64,000 nt of DNA from Camelus ferus. Its lineage: Eukaryota. The notes below the pieces were generated by a model that searched no databases, was not told the DNA's origin, and was given only the letters and a program-made list of their open reading frames with translations. A program made the position numbers and the translations under genes. The stretch is taken from assembly GCF_009834535.1 (NCBI RefSeq), contig NC_045707.1, positions 64,110,001-64,174,000 on the forward strand. Reading direction: 5' to 3'. Shown in pieces: positions 11,093 to 23,741 of the stretch. Each line of letters begins with the position of its first letter. Position 1 is the stretch's first letter.

Positions 11093-12959
11093 TTCTAGGC
11101 AAAGAATGGTCATATGTCACTTTATTCAGCCATAGGATCACATAGTTCCTGTTGTCTTTCCTAATAGCTGTGAAATTGAGTTTAAAGGAATCCCCTTGGC
11201 TTTGGTGGAGTGGATCCCTTTAACATTTAATTAGGTGTATTCTTTAGAAATGAGGTTAATGTTTTCATATTGCTGACAGTGTACCCATCTGAGACACATG
11301 CACTGCTCCAGTTGGCTCCCTGGTATAGTTCTGGAGTGGAGAATCATGGTGCATTGCATTTGCAGATTATTTCACTTGCTATTTTTGATCCAGCACTTAA
11401 TTCTACAGGAGGAAAGAAGGAATTTTCATTAACAATAAATGCCATTTTCAATAAATATTTTTTAGGACTCATTAAAGGCAAAACATTGAACTAGGGAAAG
11501 TAGATGGCAGAAAAATATTACTCACATAAAGTAAATGTGCTAATTGGCAAGAGTGGTTCAGAAGGATTTCTCTGCTCTCCAGACACTTTGAACTTTGTCC
11601 ATTTTTTCCTTGGCCGTGCAGTGTAAAAGTGGATTCTTTGAGCCTCTCGATGACATTTTGTTGGATTCTAAGACATATTGTGTTTAGATTTGTGACCTGC
11701 AAGAATTCCATCTGTACCATTCGCTGGAGGCAGTGCCCCTGATGATCATTCCAAATGGTCTATTCTTATTGTTTATTTACCTGGCTAATAAAAGTGAATT
11801 AAACTGAAAGAATGATTTGATTTGGAGAATTCAATTATTTTATTTCTTAGAGTGGTTTGTGTGGAACAAAAAATGGTCCTCATTTTGCATAGAGGCAGTT
11901 AATTTTTTTTTTCCCCTTCCTGAATTCCCATCAGAGATTTTTTAAAGGAGCTACTGTCAGAGGACCCCCTTCCAGGTAAATGGTAGAGGTAAATAGTATA
12001 ATAAAACCCGCAATTATTTTAAATCAATTACTTTCTGCCTTTATCCTAACCCCAGTTAATAACGTCCATGAATTTATGCGTCGATGATGTTGTACCACTT
12101 TCTAGATGCTCTGATTCTTGGAGGGACGGCCCCCTTGGGAATGAAACTTGAGTTGCTGGTTCAGCCTTGGGGGACCAATTATGTAGACTCCATTGGCAGC
12201 TATTGTCATGGCCACTTAAGTGTCAAGGCTTTTGATATCCATTGGTAACCATAACCTTACATTTAAAACACGACTACTTTCTTTGGCAGCCATCCTAACC
12301 TAATTAGGAACTAACGCAGACTTGTACATTTCTTGTAAACACATCAGCTGATGTAGGATCTGGCCACGGCTAGAGCATGATTGGAGCTTGATTGAGGGGT
12401 TTATCTTTTTCCTCCTTCCTCTAATGCATTTACAGATCTGGATTGTATTCAGCAGAGCTGCTTTTCCTTCTGTTTCCCTGTTTGGACATTTTAAATCGAT
12501 TTACTCTCTTGCTCTCATTCTCTTGTTCCTACTCATCTCTGGCTTTGCTTTCCCCTCTGCCTACTACTTTGTTTTGCTCTTTTAAAAAATTGTTACAATT
12601 TTATCATATAAACATTTACAGAGGCACTAGTCAGACAGCCTCTAGCCAGTGAAGAGCAAGATTTAATGACGACTTCAGGGGTGACCGCTCTTTTTATAAA
12701 TGAGAATTGTGTGTTACAAGTTTGATCACTGTTTACAACCTCTTTTGCTCTGTTTCCTGCACTCTGCTTCTAGCGGTAGTCTACCATCAGATGGGCACAC
12801 AGAAGAAGACACCAGTCTAGATGTCCACTGTGCTGAAATGGGCACTGACAGTGGTCAGCGGCACATAGTTCTACCTCAGAGATGCGTTGTGGTGGACCAC
12901 GCATTTTAGATTTTGCAGATCACCAGTTAGAGGGACATAGTCAGCAATCTGGGCTGGAA

Positions 12960-13200
12960 AAAGTAGTAATGGTGTTAATAGCTAAGCTGAAGTGTCCACT
13001 CCATGTCAGATTCTGTGCCAAGACATGACCTATTCTTTGTATAATCTTCACAACCACCCTATGGAGATGAAAATCATAATTTATCACCATTTTGAGCTGA
13101 AACTGAACCTCAAGGACGTTAAGTATCTTTCATACAATCATACACCTCATAAGTCTGATTTCAAAATCTGAGTTATCAGCTCCCACATTTGACTGTCTTC
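12960..13200 (-). mobile_element. MIR SINE
   Basis: aatcttcacaaccaccctatg...ccattttgagctgaaactgaacctcaagg. Confidence 0.6.
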
Positions 13201-14544
13201 CCATTAATTTGAATATTATTCATTTTCTAATCTTCTAGAAAAAGACCGTGAAAAATTGTATTGAATTAGATGGAGATGAGCAAACATCGTTCCTGGTAAA
13301 TGACTACCTGGGACTAATAAGAAAAACCCTGCTGGCTGTTGGTGTTCTCTGTGCTTCACATTACTCCCTGAGGGTGCTAACAGGTTTCAGCAAATTATAT
13401 GGGGCCTTCGTGACTTTTAAGGTTTGTTCCATTTCGTCTGTAAAACTTGTTCTTTCAAACTAGTTCTTCTACTTTGGAAACAGAAAATTCTGTTCAGCAC
13501 AGAAAAGAGCATAACGTGCAAATAACACCTTTTACAGTGGCCCTTAGTCTCAGCGGTGAGTTTCCAGCTAATGAGAAGTGATAGGTAATGAAGCTAGAGT
13601 GAGAACACGGTTGCTGCACTTCAGACGGTGAACTGGGTTGGCCAGAAGATCTTCCATCCAGGCTTTGGCTTTAAAAATAAAAATGTTTTATGGCTGAATA
13701 TTTGTTTAGAGGTTTGATGTGAAAGTAATGCATGTGGAAAGTTAAAACCATGGTTTTATTGTCGTGATCTTTACAGGATGAGATGCTGTAGGACAGATAG
13801 TCAGGGATCTGGTTCTGAGTGCTGCCGGTGTGGTTTGAGAATGCCTGTGGATACAAGGAATAAGTGGGGGCAGAGGAAAAAGCAGGAGAACGTGAAAAGG
13901 ATTAGGAGGACAGAGCAGAAAAGGAAAGGATGGAAAGGGAAGGGAGACCTGGGAGGAAGTAAGACTGATGGAATAACAGGAGACCCACTGAAGACAGCTG
14001 TCTTCATCATGGGAACAACTGATCGTGGTCTCAGGCAGATACCAGTGCTATTGTCCATAGTTTCATTCCTCTAAACACTAATGTGGGAGAATGTATTTGA
14101 TCATTGAATGATTGCTGGGGTAACAAGCCCCTTGAAGTATGATTCTTTTTTCCCCTTTCTCTTTCATTAAACAAAAAGGAAGCATGTGATATACCGCTGT
14201 CTGCTGCTTGCTTTTTACCCGTCATCATATACCTCGGAGATCATCTATATAAGAACACTGAAGGCCTCCTGCGTCTTTTTTGTAAGTGACTTAGTGTTCT
14301 TTTGGTGGTATAGACTGGTGTATATAATTAGTCCCCTATTTTTCTCCCTAACCTGTGTCTCTTTCAAACAATGCTGCAGTTACCGTATTGTACATGCCAT
14401 GCTATGAGTGAGCCGGTTTATCTGCGGGACAAATTCCCAGACTCAGGGTTACTAAGGTAACAACTGAATGCCAAATTGACCATCACTGAGTGTTACCATC
14501 TGGGGACTCCCAACAGCAGTGTATGGCTGTTCTTTAACCCGCTG

Positions 14545-14775
14545 ATGACAATAAACACTTAATGACTGCTTACTGTTTGCTGTATTCTGTTCTAAGAGCT
14601 TTTAAATACATTACTGTAATTCATGTACTCTGAGTTAGGTGTTGCCATCGCTCCACATAAGGAAAATGAGATACAGAGAAACAAGTAACTTGAACACGGT
14701 CAAAGACATTCCACGTGGTCCAGCCGGGATCCCAGCCCGACAGCCTGACCTCAGAGCTTACATTCCCACTGTCAC
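14545..14775 (-). mobile_element. MIR SINE
   Basis: cacataaggaaaatgagatacagagaaacaagtaacttgaacacggtc...gacagcctgacctcagagc. Confidence 0.65.
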
Positions 14776-15409
14776 AATCTGCCGCTCCACTGAAACTAGG
14801 CAGGCTACCAGTGGCCTTTTTGTTTCCAAATCCAACAATTCTCAGTCCTTATCGTTATCTTTTTCAACTTTGTGGCTGCATTCAGCGCAAGGGACTAAGT
14901 CTTTGAAGAGCAGCTCCTAAATTACCCCGCATTATGGGTATTTTAGGCCTTTAATACAAGTAAAAGAGAGGAAATAAAACGTGTGACATTTTCAAAATTA
15001 TTTAGCAAAAAATGCCAGATGTCAGTCCAGACTTGATGAAAGTACCCTTGAATAAAAGATTAATGTGTCAACACTGAGGTCTTAAAAATGTACTACCATT
15101 TAATTACAATGTTAGAAATTTTAAAAGTCTCCTAAAGCTTTGGATTTTTAAATTTGGAAATATATTCTTTTGATTTACTTAATTAGAGGAAATTTTCTTT
15201 AGCATTCTTAAATATTTATACTTTGTTCATATAATTACATAAGTAGTATTTATTTGTAAGAGTAAAAATTTTGACACTATACACCAACTTCATGGCCTGG
15301 CTTTAAGAATTTAAGGTAATAAGAAGGATAATAAATTGCACTATCTCTGATGCTGATTTAATCTTAACAGATAAAGGAGAATATAAATAAATACAGCATC
15401 TACTGATAT

Positions 15410-15737
15410 TTTTTTAAACATTTTTTAAAATAGTAATAGTCATTTTACAATGTTGTGTCACATTCCAGTGTAGAGCACAATTTTTCAGTTATACATGAAC
15501 ATACATACATTGATTGTCGCATTCTCTTTCTCTGTGAGCCACCACAAGATCCTGTATGTATTTCCCTGTGCTACACAGTACAATCTTGTTTATCTGTTCT
15601 ACATTTTGAAATCCCAGTCTGTCCCTTTCCACCCCCTGCCCCCTGGCAACCACAAGTTTGTATTCTATGTCTATGAGTCTGTTTCTGTTTTGTATTTATG
15701 CTTTTGTTTTTGTTTTTGTTTTTTAAGACTTTTTTAG
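15410..15737 (-). mobile_element. Lineage-specific L1 3'UTR fragment (5'-truncated)
   Basis: T-rich tail, then atagtcattttacaatgttgtgtca...tttccctgtgctacacagta...cccctggcaaccacaagtttgtattctatgtctatgagtctgtttctgttttg. Confidence 0.8.
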
Positions 15738-15819
15738 ATTTATTTTTCAGTTCCAGGATTAGGTGGAAGATAAAGGATAAAATCTGGTTATCAACCAAGC
15801 CTTATGTTAACTAGTAATT

Positions 15820-16592
15820 ACAAATTGCTCATCACTAATCATCAGGCAAACACAGTGAAATATCTCCTCACACCAGTTAGAATGGCGGTCACCAAGAAGA
15901 CAAGAGATAACGAGTGTCAGTGAGGACATGGAAAAAGGGAACCCTCGTGCACTATTGATGGGAATGTAAGTTGGTGCAGCCACTGTGAAAAACAGTGATT
16001 CCTCAGAAAAAATTAAAAATAGAACTTCCATATGATTCAGCAATTCCACTTCTGGGAATATAGCCAAAGAAACCCGAAGTCAGGGTCTCGTAGAGATACC
16101 TGCACTCCCGTGTTTATTGCAGCATTACTCACAATAGCCAAGGTAAAGAAACAACCTAAGTGCCCATCAACAGATGGACTGGGCAAACAAAATGCTTTAT
16201 ACATTTATATATATAAGTATGTAAAACTGAATATTATTCAGCTATGAAAAAGAAGGAAATCCTGCCTCATGTGACAACATGGATAGACCTTGAGGTATTT
16301 TGCTAAGTAGAATAAGTTAGACAGAGAAAGACAAATACTGTATAATCTCACATATATGTGAAATTAAAAAAAGAAACAAACTCAGGGAAACAGTAGAGTG
16401 GTGGTTACCAGAGATTGCAGGGTGGGGTAAAACAGGGAGATTTTGGTCAAAAGATACAAACTTCTAGTTATAAAGATGAACAAGTTTGGGGATCTAATGT
16501 ATAGGATGGTGATTATAGCTAATAATACACTTATACCATATACTTGAATGATGCTAAGAGACTAGATCTTAGATGTTCTCGAAAGAAAGAAA

Positions 16593-16648
<56 letters not shown>

Positions 16649-16975
16649 AGAAAGGAGGAAGGAGGAAGGAAGGAAGGAAGGAAGGAAGAAAGAAGAAAAA
16701 GAAAGAAAGAAAGAAAGAAGGAAAGAAAGAAAGGAGAAAGGAAGAAAGGAAGAAAGGAAGAGTAAGAGGAGAAGAAAGAAAGGAAGAAAGAAAGAAAGAA
16801 AGAAAGAAAGAGTGAGTATGTGGCAGGATGGAGGTGACAGCTAATACTATAGTGGTAATTTATAAATGTATAAATGTAATTTACGTTGCAATTTGTAAAT
16901 GTATCATACGAATATGTTGTACACCTTAAACTTACACAATGCTTTGTGTCAAGTATATCTTAGTAAAGCTGGACT
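15820..16975 (+). mobile_element. L1 ORF2 C-terminus plus 3'UTR (L1MA9-like)
   Basis: Translates to the L1 ORF2 C-terminal motif DTCTPVFIAALLTIAK..KQPKCPSTD. 3' end tgtacaccttaaacttacacaatg...tatcttagtaaagctgg. Confidence 0.85.
16581..16812 (+). repeat. Compound (GAAA)n/(GGAA)n purine microsatellite inside the L1 3'UTR
   Basis: About 230 bp of A/G with a single T (16763). Confidence 0.95.
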
Positions 16976-17109
16976 ATAAATATGTGTATATATATATTTC
17001 TGGGAGAAAAAGTCTAAAAAATTTTGAAGTAATTGTTTTCTTTTTTTCTTTATTTACAACAAGGCAAATGAATTTGTCTTGAAAATGCAAACTAAGCTTT
17101 AGATAGTTG

Positions 17110-17625
17110 CTGAGAGTGTCTGACCTCTCAGTGTCACCCCTGCCCTTCTCTATACTCCTCTCCACTTTGGGGGCTGAAAACCTGAAACTGCTGTCCCCAG
17201 ATTCCCTTGCCAGTTGCCTTCCTGTTCAGTTCTGCTGAAGGGAGACCCTGGCGAGTGATGGGGAATTGGGAAGAGGGCATAAGCCGTTTTCCCTCCTGAC
17301 TCCCGGCAGGTGCCTCTGGCCGTGGAGGCCACTTGCTCAGTCAGTGGAGCTCCGAAGGCAGTGGTGGTGGGTGTGAGGGGGCTCTGGCACCAGGGGGTCC
17401 CCACAGAGCATGGGCAGCAGGGGTTACCAGCAGCCTCAGAGAGCCACACTCTCGGCTCTGATAATACCATTTCTTCTTTCCCTTCTCTGGCTCTAGGTCT
17501 GATAAGGGCTCCCTGCAGTTACTGATTTTGGGGAAAACTTCTCTCTTCCAGCATCTTTGTGACATTCTCTTGGTTTGAAATGCCCAGAGTGGCTTCTGTT
17601 ACCCTGACCGGACACTGACTGATAC
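17110..17625 (+). mobile_element. ERVL solo LTR (LTR33-like)
   Basis: cccagattcccttgccagttgccttcctgttcagttctgc...; 3' end gtttgaaatgcccagagtggcttctgttaccctgaccggacactgactgatac. Confidence 0.7.
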
Positions 17626-18299
17626 GGTTTATGGAAGTTTTTCTCTGGCCCATAAACTAGAGCTCATATTCTTTAAGATAATAGTACCCAGACAGGATGG
17701 TGTCACGTTTTTATGGCAATGGAGATATTTATGGTATAAAGGACAAGCCAAAGCAAGTGACTGTAAAACTGAAGTGAAAGAACCTCAGTATTATGCTGTT
17801 CCTGTAGGTACGCCAGTGCCCCACTCCCGTCGGTACATTCTTGGATTGAACTTCCAGTCACTGGTAAAATCTTTTACACTGCGCAAAAGCAGAGTTCTTT
17901 TTTTCCTTATCTGAAGGGCAATAACGTTGGGAGAAAAAAAAAAAAAAGACTGTTAATAACAGTTTCAAATGTAGTACTCCCTTCTTTATAATTTCCTATC
18001 ATTTTGGACATACTGTGATTTAGACTTTAAGGCTAATATAATATGTTAATATAAATAAGGACTAGTTGATTGTGACTCCATCTTCCTCGTTTATTCGGTC
18101 TTCCTCAAAGATGGCTTAATGCTAATAACAGTAGCAATTTAAAAAATCATTTACCTTTCAGCATCTGGTTGGCATATTGTAAATATTTGTTAAATAAATA
18201 ATTGCATGAATATATAAAGATATGTTAGATTCTCATTGTTTTTGAGGGAGTAGAAAACTATTTAAGACATAAAATATCTAAACATAGGAGAATAGGGCT

Positions 18300-18715
18300 T
18301 ATGACTTCCGTAAGGGACAACTCAAGAAGAATTTATTTTAAAAATGGGCATTTTACAAGGGATAGCACAGAACTAAGGGTAAGATCGGCTCAATTCTTAC
18401 CTCTCATAGGCACAAAGGGATGATGCAGAGAGCAGTTACTAGAATTAGAAGGAATCACAAGGGAGAGAGAATTGTCTGGAGTTGGGTTGAGCAGAGCAAT
18501 GTACTTTGGTGGACGGGCAGGCCAATTCAAGGCAACCTAGCAGAAGGGAAGCGAGAAAATAAGTACTTTGACCCAACCTTACCCCTTCCGTCTGATTTCC
18601 TGGGGTTGGTTGAGGGTGTAGAAATCCTGTTAGATGTCGTTGCTCCAGGCCAGACCCCCAAGGCGCAGAGCAGGGGGCCAAAATACGGCGAGTGAACCTG
18701 GCGCAGACTGAGTGC
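18300..18715. mobile_element. Old MaLR/ERVL LTR fragment (MLT1-like)
   Basis: General similarity to old MLT1 LTRs (aataagtactttgacccaaccttaccccttccgtctgatttcctg). Family uncertain. Confidence 0.45.
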
Positions 18716-18729
18716 CAGAGACGCATCAC

Positions 18730-18960
18730 CGGAGGGCAGTGGGGTCAGGAACCAGGCTGTCTGGGTGTGAATCTCAACTGGGTGGCTTAGCACTTGCGTG
18801 TGACTCTGAGCAAGTTCCTCAGCCTTTCTGTGCCTCAATTCCCTCATCTGTAAAGTGGGGGCATGGGGATAGCGCCTGTCTCATCAAGGTTGTCCTGGGG
18901 ATTAAACAAGTGGATGAGAATATACAGAGAACATGGAACACACCCTGCCAGTAAGTCGTT
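18730..18960 (+). mobile_element. MIR SINE
   Basis: gcaagttcctcagcctttctgtgcctcaattccctcatctgtaaagtgggg. Confidence 0.8.
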
Positions 18961-21900
18961 CTGTTATTTCAGGTTCCGTGTGCCCTCTGCTCCCTGCACT
19001 TCCTGTCGTCTCGGAACTTGGATCCACTAACCTTTGCCAAGGTGCTGGGGATCCGATACGTCACGCCTTTCCATGGTATTTCCCTGTGACACACTCATGC
19101 TGAACGAGCCTGAAATATTCTGTCCTGAGGGTGAGCGCACCCTCCTGGGGTCACACTTCTAGGTCCATCCAGTCTGGACCATCTGCCTCCTTTCCCCTTC
19201 CTTCATAAGGTGATGTGGCACAGGGACTCTCAAATATCTGTGGTTTTCCTTTTACACAGGTACACATTTTTGTTGCTGAAACAGCTGCTGGGAGCTGAAC
19301 TGATGACAGGGCTGAAGCTTTTAGAGGTTTTGTCCCTTTCCTTTCAGCTTGATGCTTCTTACTCATGCAACATGTATTTCCTCCACCTGGAGGGAGGAGG
19401 CGGGAACAATGGTATGAGCCTTGTTTGGGAGGAAATCCAGTCTTTCTCACCTCATTGACTTTTCACCAAGAAGTCTAAGAGGGTCTCACCCGGAGTTAGA
19501 GCTAGCAGCCCCTCCACCTGGTGCCCTCTGCTTTTGCACTGCTGTTCCATGAACCTTTTGTCCCAGTGAGCTGCCGGTCCGCTGCCACCCTCACGGCCTA
19601 TTTGCTGTTAACCCTGAGGCGCTCAGCTCCCCACTAGCCACGCTCAGACCCAGGCAGGGATGGTGAGCAGGACCCAGTCCCTGCGCCTGGTTTCCTTGAA
19701 GCCCACTCTGCCCACTCGGCCAGGCTTTGGTTTCCATGTGGGCAGGGTTGTTTTTTTCGTTTGCTTGTTCTGTTTTTTAATGCTCCTCTTTCTCTTCCTC
19801 CAGTCTGGTTTCTTTCAGGGAACCCCCATACCCTATAATGGGCACACATGCAAACCCCAGTTACTGGCCAGGTTTCAGTTCTTTCCTACAGAACTCCTGA
19901 GGCCCTGCTGGTCAGGGGCCCTGGGCGCTCCACGTCGGGAAGCAGTCCGGAGTGCTCAGAGCACACAGCTGGCCTCTAGGAGTGGGCTGGCCTGACTCTA
20001 AGTCATCCCCAAGGACTGCTCTCTACACTCGAGTTCGTGGAGGCTGCTTCCAGTTTCCAGGTGGATATGGCAGCCACTTTGGGAGCAGAAAGCCCAGAGC
20101 ACTTAAAGCTTCAAAAAATGACCATTATTAGAGCATTAAAATAAGAGTGTTCTTGTGAAATCACATGAATGAAAATATCAGTGGTGGAAAATTTTACAAT
20201 CATTATATAAAAATCCTAGACAATGTTCTGTGTTCTTTCTCTAGGGTACGAAGGAATGTTGGAGTCCTTATGATTTAGAAATATCTTTAAAAAAAAAACA
20301 AAACCCAGTATAACACAATTGATTGACCAAGTGTTCTTTTGTACCACAAACATTATTGAGACAGTTCTGACTATTACCAGGCTCTGGTCTGTAAACTAGG
20401 ACATGATGATAAACACACAGGAGCTCCTTGTTCTTACGGGGCTTATGTTCTCGGAGCTTTGGATTTGATTAAACTACGTGCTAGGAGATTGGGGGATTTG
20501 GTCATTTCATGTCCCCAAAAAATGGCTCTTCCTAGGATGAAAGCATCTTTTATAAGAGACAACTGTCCGTTTGAGGACAAGGGCACAAGAATGTTCAGAA
20601 TCCAGTGGGGAGGTCAGTTGTGGGCATTGCTAAAATACAGTATGAAAAATGCTGTGGTGGCGTATAAAGAAGGTATATCCCAGAGCAATGGCAGTGATCA
20701 GATTTCACAAGAGGGTAAACTGAGGCTTTGACAGCAAGCTAATAAGTGAGTTTTAGAAAATAGTACAAAGCTGGACCAGACTAGAGACTTCTCCAGCTGC
20801 AAATTAAGGAGACAACCAGGAGGTAATTACAGGATAGTTCAGGATGTCTGAAATGCAGGGAGGAGTCTCAGGAGCAGCTCTGGGAGGTAGAGGCTTTTCT
20901 AAGATAATAAAATAGACACAAGCCCAGGTTCTTACAAGAGAAGCTTTGCTTTCTGGTTAGGCTTTGCATCATTGCAAAACAGAAAAAACTAGGTTATTAA
21001 AATAATTCAAATTCCTACTATAAGGAAGTAGTGATAACAGAAATCTCTTGCAATTCAAACTTTATTATATGAAAATTATCCAATAATTGGTAGAATAATA
21101 TCTGAAGGGGCAGCATAGGGTTCCTTCTCTAATTTCCACTTAAGGAATAGACTTTAGTCAAGTTGGATGGGGTTAGAATAGGGCAGGTAAACTTCAACTC
21201 TGGAATACTCTTGGTTTAGTTGTGGTAGTGACATGTCTTTCATATACAAAGATGAAACTTTTGAACCACCATTAGGAGGGAAAATTTTTTGAAGTTTCCC
21301 CTAACCACTCAAAGGTGGGACAGTTGGGTTGGTGCCCTGGTTTCACCCGATCCCTCAATAGCTAACATGCTGGCTACCAAATAAAAATGTGCAATGTAGT
21401 AGGAACATAAAGAGTCATAAGATGTGGTGTATGTTTCCAACCTTCAAAGAACTTAAAATCTAGAGAGAAGAACATAAGAAGGAAAAGCAGCAGCAGTAAG
21501 GATGGCATTAAGGTGCAGGCTCAGGTCTTGGGTCAAAGACAAGCTATGGTGTCCATTCACACACCTGGAACCTTGATAGAAGAATGTGTAAGCAACTGAG
21601 ACTAGACATGTCTCCAAACTAGAATCAGGACAATTTACTAAAACAATAAAATACAGAAAGTCATTTTGTTGAAACTGATGAATTATGGAGGATTTTTTTT
21701 TTCCAAAGTTTTAGCTTTGCTGTAGCCTTCCTACCTCAGCCATTTTACTAAGGATTTAACTGTCCAGTTTAGCTGGATGCTAATTTCGTGCATATTTTAC
21801 ACTTTGGATGTCTAGTATTTTTCAAATGCTTAATGCCTGATCTGTGAATCCATGGTCTGTTTTGTTTTGTTGTTTTTTTTAATCCAGTTTATTTCTTTCT

Positions 21901-23099
21901 CTATTTTGGAGGGTTTGTGTCCCACCCCTGAAACTTCCTCAAATGGCTGCAGCAAGTATTCCTGTAGTTGCAAGATTTGGAGCTGACATTCCTCCAGGTG
22001 GTCTTTTGGTGGGTTTGGTGGGTTTTGAGAAGTTGATTTTCAGCAAATTGATTCAAAGCAGTTCAAATTAACCTAGAGGACTCCAAACTGTCTCTTAAGT
22101 TTCTATCCCTTTTATTGAAGTCTTCGTATCTCTGAATTATAAAATTAGAAACCACCTTTTTCTTTTTTTTTTTTTAGTGACATTTAACAATTTTTCCATT
22201 GTCTTTCCTTCTGGTATTGATGATAAATATTAGTAAAAAAAATTCTTACTATGCTTTTTAAAATCTTATCTTTTTGACTCCTTAATACATATATGTTTAT
22301 TCCTATAAAATAGAGGTAAGCCATTAGCTTCTGTCTTCCTTATAAATACCATAGTAAAAAAAATCGTGAGGTGATGAAGTAATTACTATGATTATTGAGG
22401 AGGAAAACAACTTCACTAACAGTTACCAATTGAATGTGCTCCAATTTAATATTTCCCTGTCACCTCTACTCAAGAAAGGCTGTTATGGACTACAGGGAAA
22501 TTAAAAGAAAAAGGTGCCCAAGACAGACTTCTGACCATCAAAGAGCAATCATTTTAGCCAGATGAATACAATAAATACTTTAAACGGCAGAGTACAAAAA
22601 AAAAAATGCTGCAGGATAATACAAATGAAATAGATGGTTAATTTTCAGGAGCCAAAGTAACATTGGAGACGCGTCTAGAAGACTGCAAAGTTTTCAGTAG
22701 ATGAAAATTAGGAAGGCTGTTGTGAGGGGACATCCTGAGCAAGGGCACAGGAAACCGCAGCACCCAGGTGTAAACAGGACGCGCTGGGGGACAATGGGAG
22801 ATGACTGTGGAGATTAATTCGAGGTCCTACTGTGAAGGGATTTCTGCTGCATTCAGTAGGTAGTGAAAGCTGATAAAGCAGAGATGTAAGAGAGAAGATA
22901 CAAGAACACGGTTAACCTGGCAGTGGCGTTATAATTTGGAGAGGAAGAGAGTGAGTTTGAGGTACAGCCTGGAGTCAAAGGAGTTTCAAGTATCGAAAAG
23001 CAAAAAGCAGAGAGCAGACAGAGCCTGGAGCTCTTTCCTGGTGCATTAGGAAGTCTAATGACTTTTCGTCAGAGACGGGTAATGGCATGGGACAAATGA

Positions 23100-23580
23100 C
23101 GAACTCTTCAACACGCCATGCAAGGTCCCTTCTGAACTGGCTCTTGCTGTCTCCTTAGCTTCATCTCCCACTTTGTCTCCCACCTTACACAGCTTGTCTG
23201 AAACCGTGTGCATCACCCCAGCCACTCCATAGAAACCTCAGGCTCCCCTCTTTGCTTCACCTTTTGCCTGGAACACTCTGCCTCCTTCTCTCCCGCCCGG
23301 TTACTTTCCACTGGTCCTGCTCTTTCCACTCTCTCCTGCCTCCATCCTCTTCTTACACTGATTTAGGGGTTTTCTTTTATAATTCCATACCCTTTTGTAG
23401 ACACTTCATTCTATGCTGTGACCACTTCTTTTTTTTTTTTTTTTTTTTTTTTTTTCTTTTCTTTTTTTTTCCTCCAGACTATAAGCTGTTGGGAGCTAGG
23501 ACCACTTGACTGAGCAGCTAGCACAGTGAGAGACACTGAACAGCTTGCTCAAAAGATGTTAGATGGGTGGACACATGACT
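23100..23580 (+). mobile_element. L2 3' region
   Basis: tgcaaggtcccttctgaactggctcttgc...tgcctggaacactct...ctccagactataagctgttgggagctagg...ctagcacagtg. Confidence 0.65.
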
Positions 23581-23700
23581 AACTTAATAGGTACCTCAAG
23601 CATTTATTTGGTAATAATTGCATTCCCAGCATTTGCATAGGCAGGAAGTGTGATGCAAAAGAAGAACTCGTCTTTGAGTTGATCAGCCAAAGCAATCATC

Positions 23701-23702
23701 TG

Positions 23703-23740
<38 letters not shown>
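23701..23740. repeat. (CG)n(CA)n compound dinucleotide microsatellite
   Basis: tgcgcgcgcacacacacacacacacacacacacacacacg. Confidence 0.95.

Positions 23741-23741
<1 letters not shown>

Noticed and set aside
16544..16815. K/E/R-rich ORFs
   Set aside because: Translations of the GAAA/GGAA microsatellite.
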